Notes under the pieces: generated by a model
What the model was told of the DNA's origin: nothing
What the model saw: only the letters and a program-made list of their open reading frames with translations
The model's database searches: none
In this document: piece after piece, positions 18,858 through 32,046 of the stretch
Layout: each line of letters opens with the position of its first letter
How positions within the stretch are numbered: the first letter of the stretch is position 1
DNA from: the human T2T-CHM13v2.0 reference genome, Homo sapiens
DNA length: 64,000 nt
Reading direction: 5' to 3' (one strand)
Assembly: GCF_009914755.1 (NCBI RefSeq)
Contig: NC_060943.1
Program-made: the position numbers and the translations under genes

Positions 18858-19006
18858 GCTGGCAGAGAAGAAGGCTTCCATCGGTTATACCTACGAGGAC
18901 AGCACGGTGGCCGAGGTAGAGAAGGCGGCAGAAAAGCCAGAGGAGGAGGAGTCAGCGGCCGAGGAGGAGAGCAACTCGGACGAAGATGAGGTCATCCCCG
19001 ACATCG
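18858..19006 (+). CDS. CLASRP: CLASRP exon 7 (LAEKKASIGYTYEDSTVAEVEK...EDEVIPDI)
   Basis: ctcag acceptor, GTGGGG donor; lies in ORF 18787..19215. Confidence 0.93.
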
Positions 19007-19215
19007 GTGGGGTCCCCTCTCTGCCCTCCCCACCTGCAGTCCCTGGGCATCGTTTCTGTGTCTCGTCCCTCACCCTCTGTGGGGCACCCCGTGCTTACGA
19101 ACCGTGTCTCTCTCCCTACCCCGCCCCAGGGCACACCAGCCTCCTGCTGCCCCTGTCTCACTCCTGTCCTCCTCCGTTCCGGCCTTCCTCTGCCTCACTC
19201 ATCTCTCATTTCTAG

Positions 19216-19793
<578 letters not shown>

Positions 19794-19989
19794 AGTAGCT
19801 GGCTCTTTATTCACACTCTGTGGAGCCACACATTGACCTCCGCCCAGCCCTCCTTCCTCTGGCTTATCACACGCCCTGCTTCCAAACACCTGTGACCCAC
19901 ACCCTGCCTGCCACCCACCGTGATCTCCAGCCGCCATCTTTCCGCCCCTGTTCAGTCCTCCCTCTCACGTCAACCCCACCACACGCCTC

Positions 19990-20135
19990 ACTCATCCATT
20001 CCTCCCTCCCTCCATCCACCCATCCCTCCTTCCTTCCTTGCCTCCATTCCATTCATCCATCCATCCATCCCTGCATCCCTTCATCCATCCCTGCACCCAT
20101 CCGTCCATCTCTCCCTTCTCTTTCCCTCCCTCCGT
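19990..20135. repeat. (TCCA/TCCC)n low-complexity tract
   Basis: Degenerate tetranucleotide repeat. Confidence 0.75.
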
Positions 20136-20375
20136 TCATCTGCCCCTTCAAGCCCTGTCCCCGAGCTGCCTCTGTCCACTGTGTGTTGTGCTCACCTCTG
20201 GCAAGCCCAGTGCCAGCCTAGGGGATGCCAAGATGAGCCAGACTTGATGCCATCCCTTCCTGAAGAATCCCTCAGTCTGGCGGGCGCCCCATCATCCCCG
20301 CCTCCTGGAGCACTGCCCCTTCTCCCCTGTCCTCTCGCTCGGCCGTGGCTCCTGACAGCCTTTCTCTTGGTGCAG

Positions 20376-20472
20376 ACGTGGAGGTGGACGTGGATGAATT
20401 GAACCAGGAGCAGGTGGCAGATCTCAACAAACAGGCCACGACTTATGGCATGGCCGACGGTGACTTCGTCAG
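20376..20472 (+). CDS. CLASRP: CLASRP exon 8 (VEVDVDELNQEQVADLNKQATTYGMADGDFV)
   Basis: tgcag acceptor, GTGAGG donor. Confidence 0.93.
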
Positions 20473-20750
20473 GTGAGGCCTGCCTGCTGACACCCCTACC
20501 CATTCTGTGGGCCCCACCCTGGCATCTCACTATTACTCCCGGTATTGACAGCCATCCTGTTTGTGAGCATTTGTGTGCCTGGCCCTGGGCCCAGGACTTT
20601 ACACATGCAGGTCCCTGAGCCTATGGTGGTCGTGGCCCCACTTCATCTGTGCAGAAACAGGCTGCACCCAAGTCACCCAGCCTGCCCTACTTAGTGCGAC
20701 CTGGGGCGAATCTGACTCTTTGAAGCTCTGGGGATTCCTAGGCTGGGGGA

Positions 20751-20766
20751 CAGCGCCCTCTAGTGG
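20751..20766 (-). promoter_or_regulatory. CTCF consensus site in CLASRP intron 8
   Basis: CCACTAGAGGGCGCTG on the - strand matches CCASYAGRKGGCRS. Confidence 0.7.
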
Positions 20767-21484
20767 AGAGGCTTCATTCCCTGGTTATTTATCCTGGCAG
20801 TTGCTGGTTGTACCTCTACCCTGAGCCACACCCCCTGCTGAGCTCACAAGACCACACAGAATGGTCCCAGCTCACTGGGCAGTGAACCAGAAACGGAGCC
20901 TGAGCATGGCACCCTCTGCCCAGAGCCCTTTGTGGCTCCCACCTCCCTCAGGAACATCCAGTGTCCTCACCATGGCCGAAAGGTCTTACCCATCTGGTCC
21001 TCTCAACCGCCACCATCCCCCGCTGCCCAGCCTGCACGGTCTCCTTGCTCCTCAAGTGCAGAGGCCTGGGCCACTCTGTCTGCTGTTCGCTTCGGACGTC
21101 TGCAGCTTGCTCCCCCAGGTTTTTCTCTAGATACCCTGTTTTGTGTGGCTTCCCTGAGCTCCCTCTTGAAAACTGCAGCTTCCTCTGCCTTTGCTCTACC
21201 ATCTAATGGACCACACATTTTATTCCCTTGCTCATTATCTTCTCCCCTAGAATGTAAGCCCGTGCAGGTGAGGATTTCTGTTTTTTTTTTTCAGTGCTCA
21301 GTTCTTGATACCTAAGATAGCACCTGGCACACAGAGGGTGCTTGATAAGTGGCATTGAATGAAAGATACCTCAGGCTGGCGTGGGGTGACTCAGGTCCCT
21401 CACTTTCTCTGATGACTCAGTCTGTGTCCTCCTTACCCTGTGGCCTGCCCCATCCTCCACCCTAATTCTCACCCACCTCTATAG

Positions 21485-21563
21485 GATGCTCCGGAAAGAC
21501 AAGGAGGAGGCAGAGGCCATCAAGCATGCCAAGGCTCTTGAGGAGGAGAAGGCCATGTACTCG
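21485..21563 (+). CDS. CLASRP: CLASRP exon 9 (MLRKDKEEAEAIKHAKALEEEKAMYS)
   Basis: tatag acceptor, GTGAGG donor. Confidence 0.93.
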
Positions 21564-21649
21564 GTGAGGTCTGGGCTGGAGTGGAAGGGGACAGGGGTGT
21601 GTCACAGGGAGGGCACCCCCTCACCAACCTGGCACCCACCCTACTCCAG

Positions 21650-21723
21650 GGACGCCGCTCTCGACGCCAGCGGAGAGAGTTTCGGGAGAAGCGGCTGAGG
21701 GGTCGCAAGATCAGCCCACCCAG
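21650..21723 (+). CDS. CLASRP: CLASRP exon 10 (GRRSRRQRREFREKRLRGRKISPP)
   Basis: tccag acceptor after an 86-nt intron, GTAGGG donor. Confidence 0.92.
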
Positions 21724-22881
21724 GTAGGGCTTCTCCCTGAACCCCCACCCTGCTGGCATCTGGGGGAGGAGAGCAGGGGCTTAGGGCCTGAGAAAGCTCT
21801 TTGGAGGCAGGCATTTGACTTGAGAAAGGAGTCTTTCTAGTGGGGCGATGCATGGCCATCGTGAAGGTTTAGAGGTAGGAACGGCCTTGAGGGCCATGTG
21901 GACTCCTTTCCTTGCCAGCCCCTCCCCTCACCCTACTGGACTGGGGGCCCTTGCCAGACTCCCAGGAGCCCATGCACAGGCGGCATAAGGCTCTCACCAA
22001 GGCGGCAGAGAGGGCACAGGCTTTGCCCTGGACTCTCACCCAGTTCTGCTGCTTGGCTTCTTCCTGTGTCGGAGTTTGGACAAGTGACTTCCCGAACTCT
22101 CTGAGCTTCAATTTTTTCCTTTGGAAAACAAGGCATTATCACCTACCTGGAGAGAGGGCTGGGCAGTCCCCACAGGGAGGTCTTGGGACAGGTTTGGATG
22201 AGGCAGGCTGGCTTGGAGAGGAAAGCCCAGCCTGGGTCAGGAGGCCTTGAGGAGAGGCCCTGTGCAAACCCATGCCTCTTTTTGCCACATCTCTTAAAGG
22301 AGAGTGACTGAGAGTTCCTGTAAGGCTTAAACAACTTGTAGGTTCAGCGGTTGGTATCGGAAACATTCCTTAAAGAATAGCACCAATCGTCATTGCTGTC
22401 AGCGGTGGCACAGAGGCACACAGAGGGTAGTGCAGGAACGCCCAGGCTGGGTGGCCATAGGGCCTGGGTTTGGATCCCAGTTTCCTCCTTTATGAGCTAC
22501 GTAATGCTGGACAAGTGACTTCACCTCTCTGGGCCTCAGTTTCCTCAGCTGTGATAGTCTCTCTTTTTTTTTTCTTCCCCCAGAGACAGGGTCTTATTCT
22601 GTCACCCAGGCTGGAGTGCAGTGGTGTAATCACGACTCACTGCAGCCTCAAATTCCTAGGCTTAGGCGATCCTCCTACCTCAGTCTCCTTAGTAGCTGAG
22701 ATTACTGGTATGCGTCACCACGCCCAGCTAATTAAAATAAAAAATACTTAGTGGAGATGGGGTTTTGCGGTGTTGCCCAGGCTGGTCTCAAACTCCTGGG
22801 TTCAAGTGATCCTCCCACCTCAGCCTCCCAGAGTGCTGGGATTACAGGCGTGAGCCACCGCACCCAGCCTATTTTAATCTT

Positions 22882-22905
22882 ATCATCATCATCATCATCA
22901 TCATC
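22882..22905. repeat. (ATC)8 microsatellite
   Basis: Perfect trinucleotide run. Confidence 0.9.
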
Positions 22906-23249
22906 ATTAGTAAGCCCGGACCCAGTGAGAGCCAGAGACAAGGATTGGGAGGAGGGATGCTTTCATTCTAGGGTCAGGAGGCCAAGCAGAACCAGAGCTG
23001 CTGAAGTCCAAGTTCCTCAGAGTCATGATGGGTCTAGGACATTGTAGGGTGGGGCTTAAGTTCATGCTTTGGACAGATCTGAGGTGGGGGTGGGTGGAGG
23101 AATTAAGGGGAGGCCCCCAACCTGGTCAGCAGCCCCCTCACTGTGCCAGGTACCTAGCTTTGGGTCCTCAGGTTGGCGGGCTTATCCCAAATTCATGACT
23201 GCTGAGATCTTAAGCCCTAATTTGTCCCACCCCATTCTTTTCTCTGTAG

Positions 23250-23291
23250 CTATGCCCGCCGAGACAGCCCCACCTATGACCCCTATAAGCG
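23250..23291 (+). CDS. CLASRP: CLASRP exon 11 (YARRDSPTYDPYK)
   Basis: tgtag acceptor, GTAAGT donor. Confidence 0.92.
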
Positions 23292-23479
23292 GTAAGTTGC
23301 TCTGGAGGACCAGGGAATAGCAGACAGGGAGCCTCCTGATGGGGACAGGGGTGCTGAGGAGGGGATGGGAGGTTCACCCTGCTAGGCCACCCCAAGATCA
23401 CAGACTGCATGATATGTTCTGGGTCTGAATCATTTTTGTGTTTTCCAGATCACTGTCTTGTTTTCCCAGTTTTAAATAA

Positions 23480-23653
<174 letters not shown>

Positions 23654-24289
23654 TAGTAGAGTTTAGTAGGGTTTCACCGTGTTAGCCAGGATGGTCTCAA
23701 TCTCCTGACCTCGTGATCCACCCACCTCAGCCTCCCAAAGTGCTGGGATTACAGGCGTGAGCCACCACGCCCGGCCAATAAAATTTTCTTTATCTTTGAA
23801 GCTTCTTTATTTTATTTTTCTGATTTAAATACAGTGCAGCCTTGTGGTAAAAATGACCAAATATGGCAAAACAGTGTGACTGAGAAATCAAGTCACTTTA
23901 ATCTCAATTTCCAGAAGGGGCCAGTGGGAAATAACGGGCACTCAGTAGCACCGCTGGGCACAGGTCGTTGTCTCGTGGATGAAAGAGTGGTTGGAGAAGG
24001 GATTTTGTGAGGGACCAAGCTCAGTCTGATCCCAGTCCCCCTCATCCAAGCTCCATAGCTCTCTGAAGCCCAGTTCCCTCTTCGGAATGGGGGTGGGAAT
24101 GGGATCTTCCTCATGGGGCTGTGGGTCGAGGTTAGATGAGATAAGGTGTTGAATGGCTTCTGGGGAAATAAAAGGTGTAGGTTAGTGCTCCATACATGGG
24201 AGTGTCAGGAATATCAGATACTTTCTTTTTATTTTTAAAATTTTATATATTAAAAAACACGTTTGTTTTTTTTTTCTTTAAAATATTGA

Positions 24290-24490
<201 letters not shown>

Positions 24491-24530
24491 TGAGTAAAAC
24501 TTTTCTGTGTTTTGTACAGAGATCTGCTTA

Positions 24531-24576
<46 letters not shown>

Positions 24577-25123
24577 AGACGGAGTCTCACTCTGTTGCCC
24601 AAGCTGGTGTGCAGTGGCGTGACCTGGACTCACTGCAACCTCTGCCTCCCAGGTTCAAGCAGTTCTCGTGCCCTCAGCCTCCTGAGTAGCTGGAATTACA
24701 GGTGCGCGCCACCATGCTCGGCAAATTTTTTTTGTATTTTTTGTAGAGACAGGGTTTTGCCTTGTTGGCCAGGCTGGTCTCAAACTCCTGGTCTCAAGTG
24801 ATCGGCCTGCCTCGGCCTCCCACAGTGCTGGGATTACAGGTGTGAGCCACCGCGCCCGGCCTGCTCATCCATTTTTCATAGCCACATAAAATCAGAGCAG
24901 TTGTGTGTCATTGTCCTTCCTGGTTATTTAGCGAAGGCTGCATGGTTGTGAGTCAAGTCCTTGTCCAGAGCTGGGTCTCCACTGCCCTCCAGGCTCCATC
25001 CACCCGCCTGGTTTCCCGGGTCGCTGTGGCCCGCGCTGGCGCTGCTGTTGATCTGCTGTGTGTGCTGTTCCCGAAGAGGCTCCGGGAGCCTGAGCTAGTG
25101 AGCCTCCTCCTCCCTACCCGCAG

Positions 25124-25339
25124 GTCACCCTCGGAGTCCAGCTCAGAGTCCCGCTCCCGCTCCCGCTCCCCGACCCCGGGCCGCGAGGAGAAGATCACGT
25201 TCATCACCAGTTTTGGGGGCAGCGATGAGGAGGCAGCCGCAGCCGCTGCTGCCGCAGCAGCATCAGGAGTCACCACAGGGAAGCCCCCCGCACCTCCCCA
25301 GCCTGGCGGCCCCGCCCCGGGACGTAATGCCAGCGCCCG
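25124..25339 (+). CDS. CLASRP: CLASRP exon 12 (SPSESSSESRSRSRSPTPGREEKITFITSFGGSDEE-polyAla...)
   Basis: cgcag acceptor; in-frame donor GTCGGT at 25340. Confidence 0.9.
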
Positions 25340-25454
25340 GTCGGTAACGCTCACGCCGCCCGCCCTACGCCCCGGTCACCATGGGGGGTACCCGGGGCAG
25401 AGGGGGGCCGCGGCTCAGGCCTGCGCTGACCGGCCCTCCGTGCCCCGCCTGCAG

Positions 25455-25742
25455 CCGCCGCTCCTCCTCCTCCTCCTCCTCCTCTTCTGCCTCGAGGACC
25501 TCCAGCTCCCGCTCCAGCTCTCGCTCCAGCTCCCGCTCTCGCCGTGGTGGGGGCTACTACCGTTCCGGCCGCCACGCCCGCTCCCGGTCCCGCTCCTGGT
25601 CCCGCTCCCGCTCCCGCTCCCGGCGCTATTCCCGGTCCCGTAGCCGTGGCCGGCGGCACTCAGGTGGGGGCTCCCGAGACGGACACCGGTACTCCCGCTC
25701 GCCCGCCCGGCGTGGTGGTTACGGGCCCCGGCGCAGAAGCAG
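25455..25742 (+). CDS. CLASRP: CLASRP exon 13 (poly-Ser and RS domain)
   Basis: tgcag acceptor, GTGTGT donor; frame of ORF 25381..25860. Confidence 0.92.
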
Positions 25743-26041
25743 GTGTGTGTGGCTGGGCGTGGAGGTGGGAGGGGCTGGGGGGGCGCGGTCTCCGATCCTG
25801 GGGAGAAGGTGCTCAGAGGGAGGAAACCTGGCCGTCCAGCTCAGAGAACACCCCATCTAAGGGGACAGGCACAGGCCACTGCTCTTCCGCAGGAAGCCCT
25901 TGGTTGGAAAGGGCAAGGCATGGGTGTTTGCGTGCGCGTTCTGGTGGCAGTGGAGGTGGATCCCAGCCGCTGTTTTCCACGACAGGGTGTGGAGAGGAGA
26001 CTGTGCATCTCTCTCTCCTCAGGAGACTGTTTTTGCTGTCA

Positions 26042-27766
<1,725 letters not shown>

Positions 27767-28449
27767 CAAGCAGAGTCAGCGTGTGGCCCAGAATTGGCTT
27801 CCAGGTCATATATTCCTTGTAGCTTACCCAGAGCAATGACAGGAGAAAGGCTTGGGGGACAGGTGGGACCTGGGCACATCTTGCATGCCAGCCTGAGAGT
27901 GGGCACTGGGTGGAGAGTCCCACCAGTGTCCTGAGCAGGGAGAGGATGGGGTTCCGCATCCCCAGACTGGAACTTGTGGGTCTGTGCTGAGACTGGTGGA
28001 GGACAAGGGGTGGTCCCCACTATTGTCGAGACCCTGGACACAAGCAGGATGAGGTGGTGGGTGAGGGTGTAGATGAGGTCACCGTGGAACACTGTTGTGC
28101 CTGAGCTGGACACGGCTCATAAAGGGGGAGCCAGCCATCCCTCCCAGAGCTCACCTCCCGGGAAGTTAGCAAGCGGGTGTCTAGTGAGGGAGAGGTGACG
28201 TGGGCCAGGCAGGGCTCATGATGGCAGGACTGCCCTTAGGCTGAGTGTATCTAGAGCGCCATCTCTGTAGCCGGAGGGAGGCCGGAATGCCGCTCTGGGA
28301 CATTTTGGAGGGAGAGTAGCAGGAGAGGAGAGTCGAGCCTGTCACCCTGGGCCTTGCAGGAAGGAGGACTGTGGATCCGGACCCAGGGTGGGGTGCGGTT
28401 GGGGTCCCTGGAGCCTCACAGTCCTCCTCCCGCCCTGCTGCATCCCCAG

Positions 28450-28707
28450 GAGCCGCTCCCACTCAGGGGACCGCTACAGGCGGGGCGGCCGGGGCCTCAG
28501 GCACCACAGCAGTAGCCGCAGCCGCAGCAGCTGGTCCCTCAGCCCGTCCCGCAGTCGCAGCCTGACTCGCAGCCGCAGCCATAGCCCCAGCCCCAGCCAG
28601 AGCCGCAGCCGCAGCCGCAGCCGCAGCCAGAGCCCCTCGCCATCACCCGCAAGAGAGAAGCTGACCAGGCCGGCCGCGTCCCCTGCTGTGGGCGAGAAGC
28701 TGAAAAA
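28450..28707 (+). CDS. CLASRP: CLASRP exon 14 (RS/SP-rich)
   Basis: cccag acceptor, GTGAGC donor; frame of ORF 28388..28711. Confidence 0.92.
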
Positions 28708-29127
28708 GTGAGCGGGGCGGGTCTGGAGGAAGAGGGCTGCCAATCTCGGGTGGGGAGGGTGAACATCACTGTTTTCTTTTTGAGGGGAACTTAGCCCTAC
28801 CCTGGGAGGTCTGGGGGGTGGTGTATGGCCCTGGCCTGGGAGGGTGGATTTCAGGGGGACACAGCCCTGGCCTGGGGGGTCTGAGGAGGACACACCAAAT
28901 CCTGGAGGATCTGCACAATTAGAACCTTGTCCTGGGTGAGGGTCAGAGGGGGACAGGTCCCTGTCTTACAGGTTCTGTGGGGTCTGAGAGGGACATGGTT
29001 GCACCCTGGGGCATCTGAGGCCCATGCCTTGGCTACCTGGTCTGAGGGCAGTGCTGAGGCTGGGGTCAGAGGTGGCAGCTGCCCTTTCCCCCTCCCAACC
29101 ATGTCCTCTGGCCCTGCCCCCACCCAG

Positions 29128-29167
29128 GACCGAACCTGCCGCTGGTAAAGAGACAGGAGCTGCCAAA
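29128..29167 (+). CDS. CLASRP: CLASRP exon 15 (TEPAAGKETGAAK)
   Basis: cccag acceptor; in-frame donor GTCAGT at 29168. Confidence 0.9.
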
Positions 29168-29532
29168 GTCAGTAAGAATTTGGAACTCGCCCGTCTAATT
29201 CCCGTCAGCAGCAGTGCCCAAGAGCTGGGCCCGGTGGGCCTGCAGGGGGGCCCGGGTGGGCTGGGAGATCCAGCCCCAGGGACAGGGAGGGGAGGGGAAG
29301 GGTCTGCCCCTGTGAGAACCATGTCCCTCTCCCCTCCTCACTGTACACTGGGGCTCCACCTGTCACTGAACCTCTGGGAGCCTCAGGGCTGTCCACAGCC
29401 TGCCCCTCCTCCCCACGTCGTTCTCCCCCCCCCACCCCCCCCCCGCACAAAGCCCCAGGCTTTTGGCTGAGGTGGGTTGTGGGAGCTCTGGGACACCCAC
29501 CCCCTCTCCCGCCTCTTCTCCCCCCTCCCCAG

Positions 29533-29593
29533 CCCAAGCTGACGCCTCAGGAGAAGCTGAAACTGAGGATGCAGAAGGCGCTGAACAGGCAGT
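29533..29593 (+). CDS. CLASRP: CLASRP exon 16 (PKLTPQEKLKLRMQKALNRQ)
   Basis: cccag acceptor, GTATGT donor. Confidence 0.92.
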
Positions 29594-29833
29594 GTATGTT
29601 CTGCCCTGTCCCTCCAGGGTTTCACAGCTCTTCTTCCCCTTGGCAGTGGGAGCAAGGAGACTCAGCACCACTTTGGGAGGCCTGGCCCTTCCCTAGAGAG
29701 GCCACGCAGGCACGGAGGTGCTCTGGGGAGGAATGGGTTTGCATCAGCTCCGCTGCCCCCCTATGCTGGGGCCTCTGCAGTCAGGTTGACCTGTCTGAGC
29801 TCAGCTTCCTCATTTTAGAGAGTGGGGCTCTTA

Positions 29834-30125
29834 GCGGGCACGGTGGCTCACACCTGTAATCCCAGCACTTTGGGAGGCCGAGGTGGGCGGATCACGAGGT
29901 CAGGAGATCGAGACCATTAACACGGTGAAACCCCGTCTCTCTAAAACTACAAAAAATTAGCCAGGCATGTTGGTGGGCGCCTGTAGTCCCAGCTACTCAG
30001 GAGGCTGAGGCAGGAGATGGCGCGAACCCGGGGGGCGGAGCCTGCAGTGAGCCAAGATCACGCCACTGCACTCCAGCCTGGGCGACAGAGCGAGACTCTG
30101 TCTCAAAAAAAAAAAAAAAGAAAAA
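29834..30125 (+). mobile_element. AluY with perfect 17-bp TSD agagagtggggctctta
   Basis: TSD 29817-33 / 30126-42. Confidence 0.9.
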
Positions 30126-30180
30126 AGAGAGTGGGGCTCTTAAGGGAACCCCTCAGCCACCCTGTTCTTTCTCTCTACAG

Positions 30181-30239
30181 TCAAGGCGGATAAGAAGGCG
30201 GCACAAGAAAAGATGATCCAGCAGGAGCATGAGCGGCAG
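30181..30239 (+). CDS. CLASRP: CLASRP exon 17 (KADKKAAQEKMIQQEHERQ)
   Basis: tacag acceptor, GTGAAG donor. Confidence 0.92.
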
Positions 30240-30316
30240 GTGAAGTGGGAAAGGGAGGGCTGGGGTGACGGGTGGGTGCTGGCCTGGCCACGTCCTCATA
30301 GCCCTGTCTGCTGCAG

Positions 30317-30363
30317 GAGCGGGAAGACGAGCTTCGAGCCATGGCCCGCAAGATCCGCATGAA
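30317..30363 (+). CDS. CLASRP: CLASRP exon 18 (EREDELRAMARKIRM)
   Basis: tgcag acceptor after a 77-nt intron, GTAAGA donor. Confidence 0.92.
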
Positions 30364-31136
30364 GTAAGACCTTGCCCCTCCCTGTCCCATGGCCACACCT
30401 CCTGGCCTGCCTGGCCTTCCCACCATGGGCTGCTGGCTCAAGCCCTGCCCAGCTCCCTGTGGGTGGATGAAAGGCAGAGATCCCTGCCTGGCCCTCGGGG
30501 CTGTGCCCAGCTGCCTCTCTTGCTCCTCTCCCTGAATTTCCTCCCACCATTTCGACCTGCCTCCCGCCACCGCGACCTCCTCCCAGCTCTTCCAGCCTCC
30601 AAGTGCCAGTCACCTTTGCTGTTTTTTTGGCCTGGCAAGCTGTTCCTGATACCCCTTCCCCACTCACCCACCGCCATGGGTCTTTCTCCTGTCCCAGCCT
30701 CAGTTTGCTTATCTCCTAAATGGAGATACAGTCACTGTCCCACCTCACAGGCTGTTGGGAGGATTTGACAAGATCAAGGCCAGGCACGGAGGAGGCACCC
30801 AGTAGACGTAGCCATTGGGTTGCCAAGCCTGGCCACTGTGACGGAGACCATTTCAACACTCACTGTGTGCAGGTGCCCCAGTGCGGCAGGAAATGATGGG
30901 ACTATCCTGCCTCCCTCTGTTCCCCAGGCTTTCCTAGGAAGGGGCTGGGATTCCAGTCAGCCCCGCCAGCTGGGGTCCCTCTGAACCTGGGGCTCCCTTT
31001 CCAAGCGGGGATTGGTGGCAGTACCGGCCCCCTTGGTTTACTGTCTTCCTCGGAGTAGGGTGTTGGAAGCACCTGCCCTCCCTGAGTTCAGTGTGTCCAG
31101 TGTTCCCGGCCAGATGCTCATGCCATGCCTTCGCAG

Positions 31137-31219
31137 GGAGCGGGAACGCCGAGAGAAGGAGAGAGAAGAGTGGGAACGCCAGTACAGCCGGCAGAGCCGC
31201 TCACCCTCCCCCCGATACA
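31137..31219 (+). CDS. CLASRP: CLASRP exon 19 (ERERREKEREEWERQYSRQSRSPSPRY)
   Basis: cgcag acceptor, GTGAGT donor. Confidence 0.92.
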
Positions 31220-31651
31220 GTGAGTGTCCCCACCAGGCTGCAGGGCTCTGGGGCTTTAAAGAAAAGTGTCAAGCAGGGTTACCAAAAAAACCATAGTACA
31301 GCCGGGCGCGGTGGCTCACGCCTGTAATCCCAGCACTTTGGGAGGCTGAGGTGGGTGGATCAATCACCTGAGGTCAGGAGTTCGAGACCAGCCTGACCAA
31401 CATGGTGACACACATACGTACACACACACACACACAGATTGCTTTAGTCACAAGGTGATTGCAGCAATTAGAAGTGCTCATTCCGGCATGGGCTGGTGAG
31501 GGGCACAGATGGCAGCCACTGGACTCTCTGGAAATGTCCCCTCATTTGGAGACAACCCCTGAAGTTCAGTTTTGAGGACCTCACCCCAGGTCAAGGAAGA
31601 GGCCCTGGCCCTGGATGTTTGCTCGCTCTTCACCTGTTGTTTTCTTTCCAG

Positions 31652-31676
31652 GTCGAGAATACAGCTCTTCTCGAAG
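31652..31676 (+). CDS. CLASRP: CLASRP exon 20, 25-nt microexon (REYSSSR)
   Basis: Strong ttttctttccag acceptor, GTAAGG donor; needed to keep phase. Confidence 0.9.
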
Positions 31677-31917
31677 GTAAGGAAGCCCATGACCCTCCAC
31701 TTTCTTGGAAGTAACACTTGTCCTTTGATGGGAGGTCCTGGCTGTCATTCCTCCAGCCTCACCCTGTACCCACCTCCAGTTGGAGGGGCTGGTCTCATCC
31801 CTTGGGGAACATCCTTCCCTCCACAGACAAGTGCCCCGATCACTGAAGCATCCACGGCCCCAGGTGTGTTGATGTGTGTATGCCCCATCCTCACGGCCCC
31901 TCCCTTTCTCTTTCCAG

Positions 31918-31960
31918 GCGCTCAAGGTCCCGATCCCGAAGCCCCCATTACCGACATTAG
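31918..31960 (+). CDS. CLASRP: CLASRP exon 21 coding part (RSRSRSRSPHYRH*)
   Basis: ttccag acceptor, TAG 31958-31960. Confidence 0.92.
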
Positions 31961-32040
31961 GCAGAAGAGTGGGGGGTGGGGAGGACAAGGGGGTGGGTAA
32001 GGGGCTCAAGCTGTGATGCTGCTGGTTTTATCTCTAGTGA

Positions 32041-32046
32041 AATAAA
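32041..32046 (+). terminator. CLASRP: CLASRP polyadenylation signal AATAAA
   Basis: 80 nt after the stop codon, followed by GU-rich sequence (tgtgtggttggt). Confidence 0.85.

Larger units (their letters stand above)
24990..25800. other. Intragenic CpG island over CLASRP exons 12-13
   Basis: Very high CpG density including the 115-nt intron 12. Confidence 0.65.
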
